In this document: in pieces, positions 38,115-47,553 of the stretch | How positions within the stretch are numbered: the stretch's first letter is position 1 | Layout: each line of letters opens with the position of its first letter | NCBI GenBank assembly: GCA_044344255.1 | Contig: JBIJDH010000004.1 | Location: 320,001 to 384,000 of the forward strand | Direction: 5' to 3' | Length of the DNA stretch: 64,000 bases | Origin: Myxococcota bacterium | GTDB taxonomy: Bacteria > Myxococcota_A > UBA796 > UBA2385 | The notes under the pieces: model-generated | The model's database searches: none | What the model saw: the letters and a program-made list of their open reading frames with translations, nothing else | What the model was told of the DNA's origin: nothing | Program-made: the position numbers and the translations under genes

Positions 38115-39602
38115 ATGGAGGGGGCGCGCTTGGAGACCGGTCGGGGCGGCTTCGACAGCCTGCGGGATCGCTTACGCGAGCGGCGGGTTGACCTCGATGA
38201 GGTGCTGCGCGCGCTGGTCGACGCCGCCAAGGAGGCCGTGTCGGCCGATCGGGCCACGCTCTTCCTGGTCGACCAGGCGCGGGAGGAGCTGGTGAGCCGC
38301 ACCGCTCACCTCCCCGAGATCACGGAGATCCGGCTGCGCCTCGGGGAGGGGGTGGCCGGCTGGGTGGCCCGCAGCGGGGAGCGGGTCCAGCTCCGGGAGG
38401 GGCAGCGCGACCCCCGTCTGGCGCACCGCATCGACGCCCTCACCGGCTACAGCACCCGATCCATGCTGGCCTGGCCGGTGCGGGACCCCTCCGGCGCGGT
38501 GGTCGGTGTGCTCCAGGTGCTCAACCGGCGCGGCGGTGACTTCACCGAGGCGGACGAGGCGGTGATCCGCGAGCTCTCGCGCGGGATGGGGGAGGTGCTC
38601 GCGGCCTCCAGCCTCGGTCGGCAGCTCTCTCCGGGCAACCAGCGCCCCCTCGCTTTCGGGTTGAACCGCATCGTCGGCACCTCTCCGACGATGCGGGCGG
38701 TCTACGAGAAGGTGATCCGGGTGGGGCGGGCCGAGGAGACCGTCCTGCTCCGCGGGGAGAGCGGCTCGGGCAAGGAGCTGGTCGCCCACGCGATCCACGA
38801 CAACTCGCCCCGCGCGAACGGCCCCTTCGTGGTGGTAGACCTCGCGGCCCTCCCGCCCAACCTGATCGAGAGCGAGCTCTTCGGGCATGTGCGCGGCGCC
38901 TACACGGGGGCGGATCGCGATCAGCCGGGGCGGGTCGAGCTCGCCCAAGGCGGCACCCTCTTCCTCGACGAGATCGGGGAGCTGCCCTTCCCGCTGCAGG
39001 CGCGCCTCCTCCGCCTGCTCCAGGAGCGGACCTACTTTCCGGTCGGCAGCAGCCGGATGCGCTCCGCCGACGTGCGCTTCGTCACCGCCACTCACCGAGA
39101 TCTCGAGGCGATGGTGGCCGAGGGCCAGCTGCGGGCCGACCTCTACTACCGGGTGCGCGTGCTCGAGATCTCGCTGCCCCCGCTGCGAGAGCGCGGCCCG
39201 GAGGATCTCGACCGCCTCATCGATCACTTCGTCTACGAGGCGGCGAAGCGGGGCGGCCGCAGCGCGCTGACCCTCCATCCCGAGGCGCGGCGGGCTTTAC
39301 ACGCCCACGCCTGGCCGGGGAACGTGCGGGAGCTCCAGAGCAGCATCCAGGCTGCGGTGGTGATGACCGACGGGCCGGAGATCGAGCGCTCGGCCATCCC
39401 TGGCCTCGGGCTCCCCCGCAGGGCGGCCGCGGTGCCTGACCCCGACACCTTCCGCTGCGCTCCCGGCACCCTCGCGGAGGTCGAGCAGGCCTACCTGCAC
39501 CACGTCCTCTCTGTCTGCGCGGGGAACCGCTCTCAGGCGGCCCGCGTGCTCGGCATCGGCCGGAACACCCTCGCCCGCAAGCTGAAGGAGCCCCTGACGT
39601 GA
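38115..39602 (+). CDS. GAF-domain sigma54-dependent transcriptional activator (Fis-type HTH)
   Basis: GAF domain; Walker A GESGSGKE; ESELFGHVRGAYTGA; FLDEIGE; WPGNVREL; GNRSQAARVLGIGRNTL. Confidence 0.93.
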   Translation: MEGARLETGRGGFDSLRDRLRERRVDLDEVLRALVDAAKEAVSADRATLFLVDQAREELVSRTAHLPEITEIRLRLGEGVAGWVARSGERVQLREGQRDPRLAHRIDALTGYSTRSMLAWPVRDPSGAVVGVLQVLNRRGGDFTEADEAVIRELSRGMGEVLAASSLGRQLSPGNQRPLAFGLNRIVGTSPTMRAVYEKVIRVGRAEETVLLRGESGSGKELVAHAIHDNSPRANGPFVVVDLAALPPNLIESELFGHVRGAYTGADRDQPGRVELAQGGTLFLDEIGELPFPLQARLLRLLQERTYFPVGSSRMRSADVRFVTATHRDLEAMVAEGQLRADLYYRVRVLEISLPPLRERGPEDLDRLIDHFVYEAAKRGGRSALTLHPEARRALHAHAWPGNVRELQSSIQAAVVMTDGPEIERSAIPGLGLPRRAAAVPDPDTFRCAPGTLAEVEQAYLHHVLSVCAGNRSQAARVLGIGRNTLARKLKEPLT

Positions 39603-40366
39603 GCCCCACCGCCCTGGTCCGCCCGCCTTCGCCCTCCTTCGCGGAGTGCCTCAAGGGGCACTTCGAGCCGGGCGCGGTGCCCGACCTCGCCCTCGCCCGG
39701 GAGCAGCACGCCGCCTACGTCGAGGGCCTCCGCTGGCTCGGCTACGCGGTGGTGACCTTGCCGGAGCTCCCCGACCACCCCGATGGCTGCTTCGTCGAAG
39801 ATCATGCGGTCATCGTCGATGGAGTGGCGCTGCTCCTGCGGGTCGGCGCTCCCTCGCGGCGGGCCGAGGCCCCGCTGGTCCACGCGGCGCTGGCCGAGCG
39901 GCTGCCCACGGAGTCCCTCGAGGAGGCCGGCGATCTCGACGGGGGCGATGTCCTCCTGGCGCCGGACTTCGCCCTCCTCGGCCGCAGTCGACGGAGCAGC
40001 GCCGAGGGGATCGCGGCGCTGTCGGCCCGCCTGCTGATGACGGGCCGTGAGGTGCGCACGGTGGCGGTCGCGGAGGGGCAGCTCCACCTCCAGTGCCGCT
40101 GCTCCGCCCCTCTGCCCGGCCTCGTGCTGAGCGCCGGCGTGGACCCGCGCCTCTTGGAGGGCGACGCCGACCGGCTGAAGGTGCCCGAGGCCGAGGCCTA
40201 CGCCAGCAACGCGGTGGGGCGCGGCGACCGCCTGCTGCTCGCCGCCGGCTACCCCCGCACAGCGGCCATGGCCCGGAGCCGCGACCTCCAGGTGCGCTGC
40301 CTCGACCTCTCCGAGCTCCGCAAGGCGGACGGCTCGCTCACCTGCCTCTCACTTCGTTGGGGCTGA
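39599..40366 (+). CDS. Dimethylarginine dimethylaminohydrolase (DDAH) family amidinohydrolase
   Basis: PDGCFVEDHAV, LDGGDVL, LHL, DGSLTCLS (catalytic Cys); GTGA overlap with the activator gene. Confidence 0.88.
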   Translation: MSPTALVRPPSPSFAECLKGHFEPGAVPDLALAREQHAAYVEGLRWLGYAVVTLPELPDHPDGCFVEDHAVIVDGVALLLRVGAPSRRAEAPLVHAALAERLPTESLEEAGDLDGGDVLLAPDFALLGRSRRSSAEGIAALSARLLMTGREVRTVAVAEGQLHLQCRCSAPLPGLVLSAGVDPRLLEGDADRLKVPEAEAYASNAVGRGDRLLLAAGYPRTAAMARSRDLQVRCLDLSELRKADGSLTCLSLRWG

Positions 40367-40636
40367 TCGGAGCGCCGGGGCTGATCGGAGGCGGGAGGCC
40401 TCGCCACCCCCTCAGTCTTGGAGCGAGCAGTGGGCGCCGCCCTCGACCCGAGCCATGCTCCCCGCCTGCGCGGAGACGAGCTCTCCGAGGGTGAACAAGC
40501 CCTCCGACGCCGGGTAGCCGAGGTCGGCGAGGGTGACGAGGTTGAGCTCGGACTGGACGAGGGTGCCGCTCCCGCCGATGTCGGCGGCGAACATCGCCTC
40601 TCCTTGAAGGACGCTCTCGGCCTCATCGGTGGAGCT
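40352..40636. repeat. Direct repeat copy 1 (end of DDAH plus a truncated 3' end of the 43898-44698 gene)
   Basis: 40412-40636 matches 43898-44122 with about 12 mismatches in 225 nt (manual count). 40352-40378 matches 43858-43884 with 4 mismatches. Confidence 0.92.
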
Positions 40637-40750
40637 TCCAGAGGCTCCAGGCGCGAGCGGGGAGAAGCTGGAGCGCGAGCCCGGTCCGCTTCGTCGTGCG
40701 GCGGATCGGCGCGTGCGCTACGTTCGGTGGCTGTCGGGGCGGGAGGTGCC

Positions 40751-42493
40751 ATGGACCAGCCGGTGTGTCGCGGGCTGGGCGGGCGCCTCGCAGACGCGCT
40801 CGTGGTGGCGCTCGCCGCCGTGCTCCCCGTCGGGTTACACCGAAGCTTCATCGCGGAGGACGGAGAGCTGCCCTGGGAGGACGCGCCCGGGCACCTCGTG
40901 ATCCTGATACGGTGGTACGAGGCGCTCTTCCAGGGCAGCCCCCCTCCGGCAGATCCCTACCCCCCGGGGTTGTATTCCGTCGCGAGCGTGTGCCTGCACA
41001 CGTTTGGTTCGCGCCTCCCGGCGGCGCAGTGGGCGGTGGTTCTGTTCGCCAGCGCGTTGGCCGCCGCCCTGGCCGTGATCGGCCTCCGCCTGCAGGGGCG
41101 GACCGCGGGGCTGCTCCTTCCGGCGCTGGTGTGCGCCGCTCCAAGCGTGTCGATCTACAGCCGCATGTTCCTGCTGGAGGTGCCGGCCACGGCCGCCCTC
41201 GCGTGGGTGGCGGTGGCGGTGGTGACATGCGACGGGTTTCGGCGTCCGATCCCGACGATCGGCCTCGGCCTCGCCCTCGCCGCCACCGCGCTCACCAAGT
41301 ATCCGTTCCTCGTCTGGGCGCCGGCCATGCTGGTCGTGCCGTTCGTGGTCATGCTCCGCCGCGCCCCCGCGTCGATGCTGGTCCTGGCCGGCTTCGCCGT
41401 TCCGATCGGATGGGTGCTCCAGCGGCTCGCCGAGCGTGTGGACGGCGGCGGAGCCGTCGATGTCGGCGCCTGCCTCCGGGCCCTCGGCCTGTCCGGGGGG
41501 CTCGGGGTCATCGCCTGGTCGGTCCTCGCGTGGAGGCGTCTGCACCTGTCCCTACTCCCTGGGCTTCGGCTGGGCCTCGCCGCTGTCCTCGCGCTGGCCC
41601 TGGTGACCCCCTGGCTGGCGCTCGCCGGGGCGACGCTCGGGGAGAACGTGATCTTCAACGTGGTCGAGAAGGAGCGCCCCGGGATCGACGAGAACTTGAA
41701 GACCGCCTGGGTCGGGCTCCAGCTCGCCTGGCCCTGGACGGCCGCCGCTCTGGCCGTGGGGGGGGGGCTCGCGCTCGTCGAGCTCGTCGCGCGGCGGTGG
41801 TTCCCGCTCGCCCGGGGCTTCGGGGTCGACCCGTCACGGGGCCCGGTGATCGTGCCGGTGCTGGTGGCGGCGACCGTCGCCGCGTCGGGTGCGTGGGTCA
41901 CGGCGGCCACCTTAATGCCGAACAACCGATATTATCTGCCGCTCTACCCGATCGCGGCGGTGGTGATCGGCGTCCCTGTCGCCCGGTTGGTCTTCACGCG
42001 GTGGCTGGCCGGTCCCGCCCTGGCCGCGGTGTGCGCCGTGCAGCTGCTCGCCGCGGCAGACCTCTACGAGCCGCCGGCGTCGGTCACGTTCGAGATGAAC
42101 CCCTTGCAACCATCCCATCCGAGCGCCGACGGCATGTTCTTCGTCCCGCGTGACCGCTACCCCTGGGGGCCGCGCGCGGCGGTCGAGCGCGCGCTATCGG
42201 TGTTGAAAGCACAATTCGTGGCCAGCGGCTGCAGCGGGATCCGCGTGCGCCGGAGCCGGGGTGATCTCCGCTCGATCCCGGCCCTGGCCGTCCTGCACGG
42301 GTTCGGTGAGTGCGACCTGGACGGGGATCCACGCAGCCGCGCCACGCCGCGCGGGTGGCTCCTCGTCGCGCTCCCGCCCGCCGACATCGAGCGGATCGCA
42401 CCGGCGGTGTCCGACGGGGGGGACTGGCGCGTGGTGTATGAGGAGACCCTCGCGGACACGACCCGGGTGAGCGCGCGCCTTCGAGAACGCTGA
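40751..42493 (+). CDS. Multi-pass membrane protein, ArnT/PMT-like (GT-C) glycosyltransferase
   Basis: GGAGG RBS; WEDAPGH, YPPGLY, SRMFLLEVP, LTKYPF, RYYLP; many TM helices. Confidence 0.65.
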   Translation: MDQPVCRGLGGRLADALVVALAAVLPVGLHRSFIAEDGELPWEDAPGHLVILIRWYEALFQGSPPPADPYPPGLYSVASVCLHTFGSRLPAAQWAVVLFASALAAALAVIGLRLQGRTAGLLLPALVCAAPSVSIYSRMFLLEVPATAALAWVAVAVVTCDGFRRPIPTIGLGLALAATALTKYPFLVWAPAMLVVPFVVMLRRAPASMLVLAGFAVPIGWVLQRLAERVDGGGAVDVGACLRALGLSGGLGVIAWSVLAWRRLHLSLLPGLRLGLAAVLALALVTPWLALAGATLGENVIFNVVEKERPGIDENLKTAWVGLQLAWPWTAAALAVGGGLALVELVARRWFPLARGFGVDPSRGPVIVPVLVAATVAASGAWVTAATLMPNNRYYLPLYPIAAVVIGVPVARLVFTRWLAGPALAAVCAVQLLAAADLYEPPASVTFEMNPLQPSHPSADGMFFVPRDRYPWGPRAAVERALSVLKAQFVASGCSGIRVRRSRGDLRSIPALAVLHGFGECDLDGDPRSRATPRGWLLVALPPADIERIAPAVSDGGDWRVVYEETLADTTRVSARLRER

Positions 42494-42546
42494 CGGACCG
42501 GCCATGGGTGGCCGGCGCGGGTCACCGCGCCACCGCGCACTTCGCG

Positions 42547-42618
42547 CTTGGTCCGCGGTGCGCCAGCTTCGACGGATACACCGTCCGCGCCAACGTGTCC
42601 CTGGCCGCGCAGGACCGA
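42547..42618 (+). pseudogene. Short remnant resembling an IS91/ISCR-family HUH transposase
   Basis: LGPRCASFDGYTVRANVSLAAQDR resembles the CAxxxGFSLHAxV...DR segment of IS91-type transposases; the fragment is very short. Confidence 0.4.
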
Positions 42619-42687
42619 AGTGTTTTCGTGGCCGTAGAGCGATTTGTGGGGAACGCGATTGCAGAAACAGCAGCGGAGGGGGTAGGG

Positions 42688-43835
42688 CAGGGCAATCGCA
42701 TCTTGACGGGGCAAGAGGTTCGCATGGGTTGATCTCTTACCGCCGGGCATCTGCCGCGGCCTCGGAGGTCGCCATGGCGACGCTGCTGGAGCACTTCGAC
42801 AACCTGCCAGACCCTGGGTGAACCGCACCAAGCGACACTCCCTCCGAGACATCATCGCCCTCACCATCCTGGCTGTGATCGGCGGCGCAGAGAACTTCGT
42901 AGAGGTCGTGGAATTCGGCCGAGCGAAGGAGGCTTGGTTCCGGACCTTTCTGGAGCTGCCCCACGGCATTCCGTCCCACGACACGCTGGGGCGCGTGTTC
43001 GCCCGCCTGGACCCGATGGCGTTTCAAGAGCGGTTCATGGCCTGGGTCGGGTCGATTCGGGAGCAGATCGGCGGTGACGTCATCTCCATCGATGGCAAGA
43101 CCGTGCGCCGCAGCGTGGATGGGGCGCGCGGCCTGGGGCCCATCCACCTGGTTGGTGCCCGAGTTGCTCGAGCTCGGCGGCTGCATCGTCACCATCGACG
43201 CCATGGGCTGCCAGAAGGCCATCGCGGCCAAGATCGTCGACCGCGTCGGCGACTACGTGCTGCAGCTCAGGGACAACCATCCGACCCTGGCCGGCCTCGT
43301 CGAGGACTTCTTCGAAGATGGCATCAACTCTAATTTCGCCGGAATGAGGTCGGACTTCCATGAGGAGACCACCAAGGAGCATGACCGGAACGAAGTCCGG
43401 CGGACATGGACCTCGCCGGACCTTGAGTGGCTGCCAGAGTCCGAGGAGTGGGTCGGGATGAAGAGCCTTATCTGTGTCGAGTCCCGTCGCGAGGTGCTCG
43501 GCAAGCAAGAGTCGCTCCACCGGCGGTACACCATCAGCAGCCTGTCGAGTCTTCCGGCACGGCAGGCTGCTCACATCGTCCGAAGCCATTGGGGCATCGA
43601 AAACCAGATGCACTGGGTCCTCGACGTTGCCTTTCATGAAGACGACGCCAGGGTCCGCCTGGGTCACTCCGCCGAGAACTTCGCCACCATTCGGCGCATC
43701 GCCCTCAACTTCCTCAAGCAAGAGACCTCGCGGAAGGTCGGCGTGAAGACGAAGCGTATGAGGGCGGGCTGGGACAACGAATACCTGCTCAAAGTAATTG
43801 GCGGATAAATGGGACGTTTAGATGCGATCGCCCTG
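42688..43835 (+). mobile_element. ISAs1-family insertion sequence, decayed
   Basis: Terminal inverted repeats CAGGGCAATCGCATCT / AGATGCGATCGCCCTG (15/16 match); no target duplication visible. Confidence 0.9.
42774..43808 (+). pseudogene. ISAs1 transposase pseudogene
   Basis: GIPSHDT, IDGKT, TIDAMGCQKAIA, HWGIEN..HW.LDV.F.ED. Frameshift near 42817; second frame change near 43155, where the usual KSNEI segment is missing. Confidence 0.9.
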
Positions 43836-43857
43836 GCTTCAGGTCCCGGGGGCTTAG

Positions 43858-44122
43858 CTGCGCTGGGGCTGATCGAAGCGCTGGCCCGCTCCGCCCCTCA
43901 GTCTCGGAGCGAGCAGCGGGCGCCGCCCTCGACACGAGCCATGCTCCCGGACTGCGCGGAGACGAGCTCTCCCAGGGTGAGCAGGCCCTCCGACGCCGGG
44001 TAGCCGAGGTCGGCGAGGGTGACGAGGTCGAGCTCGGACTGGACGAGGGTGCCGCTCCCGTCGATGTCGGCGGCGAACAACGCCTCTCCCTGAAGGACGC
44101 TCTCGGCCTCATCGGTGGAGCT
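43858..44122. repeat. Direct repeat copy 2
   Basis: Matches copy 1, including an LRWG-stop remnant of the DDAH 3' end. Confidence 0.92.
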
Positions 44123-44698
44123 GCCGAACAGGCGCTCCGGCTCGAAGAGCACGCGGGTCACCTCGCTGGCGCCGTCCTCGAGCGCGAGTCCGCCGCACGC
44201 GAGGCGGCCGTCGAGGCCGAAGCCCCAGGTGAAGGTGGCCCGACCGGCCGCGCACTGGAGCTCCCCCGAGACAGCGGCGGACCAGCCCTTGCTGAGCATC
44301 AGGCTCTCCTGGGTGGACCTCGAGTTTCCCTCTTCGACCTCGTCGGTGACGAGCAGATCGAAGCCTACGGTGGCCTCGTCGGAGGCCGTGACCTCGGTCT
44401 CGCCGATCGTGTTGACCCGCTCGTAGAGGAGATCCCACGCCCCGGGGCCCCCCACCTCGACCACCCGATCGTCGGGGATGTCGATGTAGCCTGCGCCGAT
44501 CACCACATCGACCGAGCTCCAGGTCAGGGTGCAGCCATCCTCGAGGAGGGTGGGGGCGGCGCGGGTCGCCTCGGGGGTCCACAGCTCGAAGGCCCACTGC
44601 CCCTGGCCCTTCCCGCAGGCGGGCAGCGCGGGGAGCAGGCATAGCAGCGACAGGAGGGGCAGGTGGCGAGGGGCGCGGAGCGGGGTGAGGGGCGTCAT
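43898..44698 (-). CDS. Hypothetical lipoprotein
   Basis: Signal peptide ending LPAC; acidic, beta-rich mature part. Confidence 0.7.
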   Translation of the reverse strand: MTPLTPLRAPRHLPLLSLLCLLPALPACGKGQGQWAFELWTPEATRAAPTLLEDGCTLTWSSVDVVIGAGYIDIPDDRVVEVGGPGAWDLLYERVNTIGETEVTASDEATVGFDLLVTDEVEEGNSRSTQESLMLSKGWSAAVSGELQCAAGRATFTWGFGLDGRLACGGLALEDGASEVTRVLFEPERLFGSSTDEAESVLQGEALFAADIDGSGTLVQSELDLVTLADLGYPASEGLLTLGELVSAQSGSMARVEGGARCSLRD

Positions 44699-44761
44699 GG
44701 GCCGGGGCTAACCGGCGTCGCCGCACCCTGGAAACGCCGATGCGTGGGGTTATCAGGCGGT

Positions 44762-45223
44762 ATGCACGATCGACTCACCCGCTCCACGCCGCTCCGCGCC
44801 CCCGCGCCCGTTGGCTTCACCGCCTTCGTCGCCCTGCTCGGGCTCGGCGCCTTGGGCGGCGGCTGCGTGGACAAGTCCGACGACACCGGCTCCACGCCCA
44901 ACCTCTACATCTCGGGGCTGCTCTGCGAGTCCGATGGCGGGGAGGTCTCGTGTGACGTGTTGGTCGAGAACAACGGCGCCGCGGTCTCCGACTCCTTCAA
45001 GGTCAGCCTGTACCTGGACCACAGCGGAGCGCCGGAGGTGGGGGAGGGCGGAGATGATCAAGCGCAGATCGGGGGCATCGCCGCCGGCGGCCTGGAGAGC
45101 GTGACGCTCCGCGGCCCCTCCTGCGGGAGCTGCAAGATCTGGGCGCTGGTCGACTCCAAGGGCTCGGTCGATGAGACCGATGAGTCCGACAACGCCTCGG
45201 GCCCCACCACCATCGGCGGCTGA
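44762..45223 (+). CDS. CARDB-domain lipoprotein
   Basis: GGC lipobox; PNLYI...VENNG...VDSKGSVDETDESDN. Confidence 0.75.
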   Translation: MHDRLTRSTPLRAPAPVGFTAFVALLGLGALGGGCVDKSDDTGSTPNLYISGLLCESDGGEVSCDVLVENNGAAVSDSFKVSLYLDHSGAPEVGEGGDDQAQIGGIAAGGLESVTLRGPSCGSCKIWALVDSKGSVDETDESDNASGPTTIGG

Positions 45224-45236
45224 CCGGACGCCGGGA

Positions 45237-45860
45237 TCAGCGAAGGTCGTCGGCGCCGCGGGTCCAGATGAGCAGGCGCTCGCCCTGCACGAGGCCGTGG
45301 TCACGGAGCATCCAGCCGGGGCCCAGCGCTTCGACGGCGCCCGGGGCGTTCTCAGAGAGCACCACCCAGGCCTCGCCGCCCGGGGCGATGTGGGCGCCCA
45401 CCCCTGCGGCGAAGCGGTGGAGGAGCTCGAGCTCGGGCCCCGCGAAGAGGGCACGATCGAGGCGGCCTCCGCGGCGGGGGCCGCGCATCCAGGGCGGATT
45501 GAAGCAGAGGAGGTCGAAGCGCTCGCCGGAGACGCCTTCGAAGAGATCGCCGCGGCGCACGTCGGGCAGGCCATTCTCGCGGGCGGCGGAGACGGCCGTG
45601 GGATCGATGTCGCTGGCGGTCACGCGGGCGCCCTGTCGCCCGGCGAGCAAGCCGACCACGCCGCTGCCACAGCCGAGGTCGAGCAGCCGGGTGTCCGGCC
45701 CGAGGCGCGCGACCTCGGCGGCGACCGCGCGGGCGAACCAGGCGCCGGAGCGGAAGAGCACCGGGTTGAGCACGCCGCGTGGCACGTGGAGCGTCAGCCC
45801 GTCGACGTTGACGGTGCGGCCCTTTCGGCTCACCCACCAGGCGCGGAGGCGGAGGATCAT
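45237..45860 (-). CDS. Class I SAM-dependent methyltransferase (HemK/MTQ2-related)
   Basis: LDLGCGSG, SDID, GDLF, NPPW; start overlaps the murJ stop. Confidence 0.85.
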   Translation of the reverse strand: MILRLRAWWVSRKGRTVNVDGLTLHVPRGVLNPVLFRSGAWFARAVAAEVARLGPDTRLLDLGCGSGVVGLLAGRQGARVTASDIDPTAVSAARENGLPDVRRGDLFEGVSGERFDLLCFNPPWMRGPRRGGRLDRALFAGPELELLHRFAAGVGAHIAPGGEAWVVLSENAPGAVEALGPGWMLRDHGLVQGERLLIWTRGADDLR

Positions 45861-47485
45861 CACAGGCGCTCCGGGGGGCGATCGGGGGGGCGATCGGGGG
45901 GGCCGCGGCCGGGCGGCGGTGGCGGCAGGAGGCGCCTGGCGATGCCGCGCAGCTCGCGCACGCCGAAGAGCAGCCCCAGGAGGCCATACACGACCGCCCC
46001 GAGCGCGCAGATCGGGAGCAGCCAGGGCCCGTCCGCCCAGGGGCGGAGCGCCGCCACCAGAACGGCGAGGAGAGCGGAGGCGAGGCCGATGCGGGCGAGC
46101 TGACCGACGAAGCCCTCCGACCAGCCGCCGAGGCGGCTCCGCAGCACGAGGACGAGCACCAGCACCTCGGCCGACGCGGTCAAGGCGTGGGAGAGCGGTA
46201 GGCCGATCAGGCCGAGCCCCAGCGTGTCGCAGAGGAGCAGCGCGATGGGCACCTTCACGATCAGGACGCCGAGCGAGAGCCGCATCGGGAGGTAGGGGTC
46301 TCCGAGCGCGAAGAAGGCGGGCAGGAGCACCCGGTAGAGCGAGATGCCGACGCTGGCGATCGCGTAGCCGCGCAGCACCGAGGCGGTGGCGGCCGTGTCG
46401 GCGGCGAGGAAGGCGCCGCGCTCGTAGATCAGCGCGATGAGCGGGCCGGCGAGCAGGTACAGGCCGACCGCGGCGGGGGTGACGAGGCCGAGCGTCATCA
46501 GGACCGCTCGGCCGACCGTGTCCCGCGAGGCGTCGAGCTCTCGGCGCGCGAGCTGGAGCGAGAGGGTGGCGAGGGTGGCGACGGCGACGCTGCCCGCGAT
46601 GAGGTTCTGGGGGATCTGGACGAGGCGGAAGCCGTACTGGAGCTGGCTCACCGGTCCGTCTCCCCAGCGGCTGGCGAGCTGGCTCTCCACGAGCAGGTTG
46701 AGCTGCACCACCATCGCCCCGATGAAGGCCGCGCCGAGGAAGCCCATCGCCCGTCGGAGCTCGGGGTGGCCGGCCAAGGTGGGCCGGATGCGGTAGCCGA
46801 GCGCGCGAAGCGAGGGGTACAAGAGGGCCATCGAGGCGAGGCCGGAGAGGGTGGTGGCGCCAGCGACAACGTGGATGGCGGGGACGCCGGTGACCCGCTC
46901 GAAGGCGGGGCCGGCGAGGCAGGCCGCGACCGAGAAGAGGCCGAGCAGGCTGGGCGTGAGCGCGGGCAGGAAGAAGCGGCCCCGCACGTTCAGCATCCCG
47001 CTCCACAGCGATCCCACGCTGAGGAAGGCCAGGAAGGGGGCCATGATCCGCACGAGCTGCGCGCTCAGCTCGACCTTCCCGGGCACCGAGCGGAAGCCCG
47101 CCGCGACGAGGAGGACGAAGGGTTCGGCGGCCACGAGGTAGAGCAGGGTGATGCCGCCCAGGACGAGGCTGAGCACCCCGAGGAGGGCGTTGGAGAGGGC
47201 CCAGCCGGCCTCTGGCCCCTCTCGCTCCTGGGTGCGGGCGAAGAGGGGCACATAGACATTGGCCATCGCGCCCTCGACGAACACCTCCCGCAGCAGGTTC
47301 GGGACACGAAAGGCGGCGTTGAAGGCGTCTGCCACGGGGCTCGCGCCGAAGGCCGCGGCGAAGGCCACCTCGCGCGCGAGCCCGCTCAGCCGCCCGATCA
47401 AGTTGGCGAGGCCCACGACCAGCGCGGCGCGCCCCATTTTTGGGGGGGGTGGCGCCATCTCGGCGGGGGCGGCGGGCTTGGACAT
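45860..47485 (-). CDS. murJ: Lipid II flippase MurJ (MviN)
   Basis: GRLSGLARE...FGA...DAFNAAFRVPNLLREVFVEGA; RLVQIP; ERGAF. Confidence 0.93.
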   Translation of the reverse strand: MSKPAAPAEMAPPPPKMGRAALVVGLANLIGRLSGLAREVAFAAAFGASPVADAFNAAFRVPNLLREVFVEGAMANVYVPLFARTQEREGPEAGWALSNALLGVLSLVLGGITLLYLVAAEPFVLLVAAGFRSVPGKVELSAQLVRIMAPFLAFLSVGSLWSGMLNVRGRFFLPALTPSLLGLFSVAACLAGPAFERVTGVPAIHVVAGATTLSGLASMALLYPSLRALGYRIRPTLAGHPELRRAMGFLGAAFIGAMVVQLNLLVESQLASRWGDGPVSQLQYGFRLVQIPQNLIAGSVAVATLATLSLQLARRELDASRDTVGRAVLMTLGLVTPAAVGLYLLAGPLIALIYERGAFLAADTAATASVLRGYAIASVGISLYRVLLPAFFALGDPYLPMRLSLGVLIVKVPIALLLCDTLGLGLIGLPLSHALTASAEVLVLVLVLRSRLGGWSEGFVGQLARIGLASALLAVLVAALRPWADGPWLLPICALGAVVYGLLGLLFGVRELRGIARRLLPPPPPGRGPPDRPPDRPPERL

Positions 47486-47553
47486 CGGCCCTCCTCACCC
47501 CCTTGGCCGCGCGCCGCAAGGCGCTCCCGGTCCGGCGGGTGTACCATGGGGCC

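Noticed and set aside
40418..40750. N-terminal extension of the GT-C-like ORF, and the 60-aa ORF 40412-40594 as a gene
   Set aside because: This stretch is mostly the duplicated gene-end fragment; a good RBS and ATG lie at 40751.
45237..45860. Methyltransferase as PrmB acting on the nearby L3
   Set aside because: It is too short to have the PrmB N-terminal domain, and this L3 appears to lack the target Gln.
45872..45902. G-rich 12-bp repeat at the end of murJ as a phase-variation tract
   Set aside because: It is in frame, encodes a PPDR low-complexity tail, and the G runs are short for this GC content.
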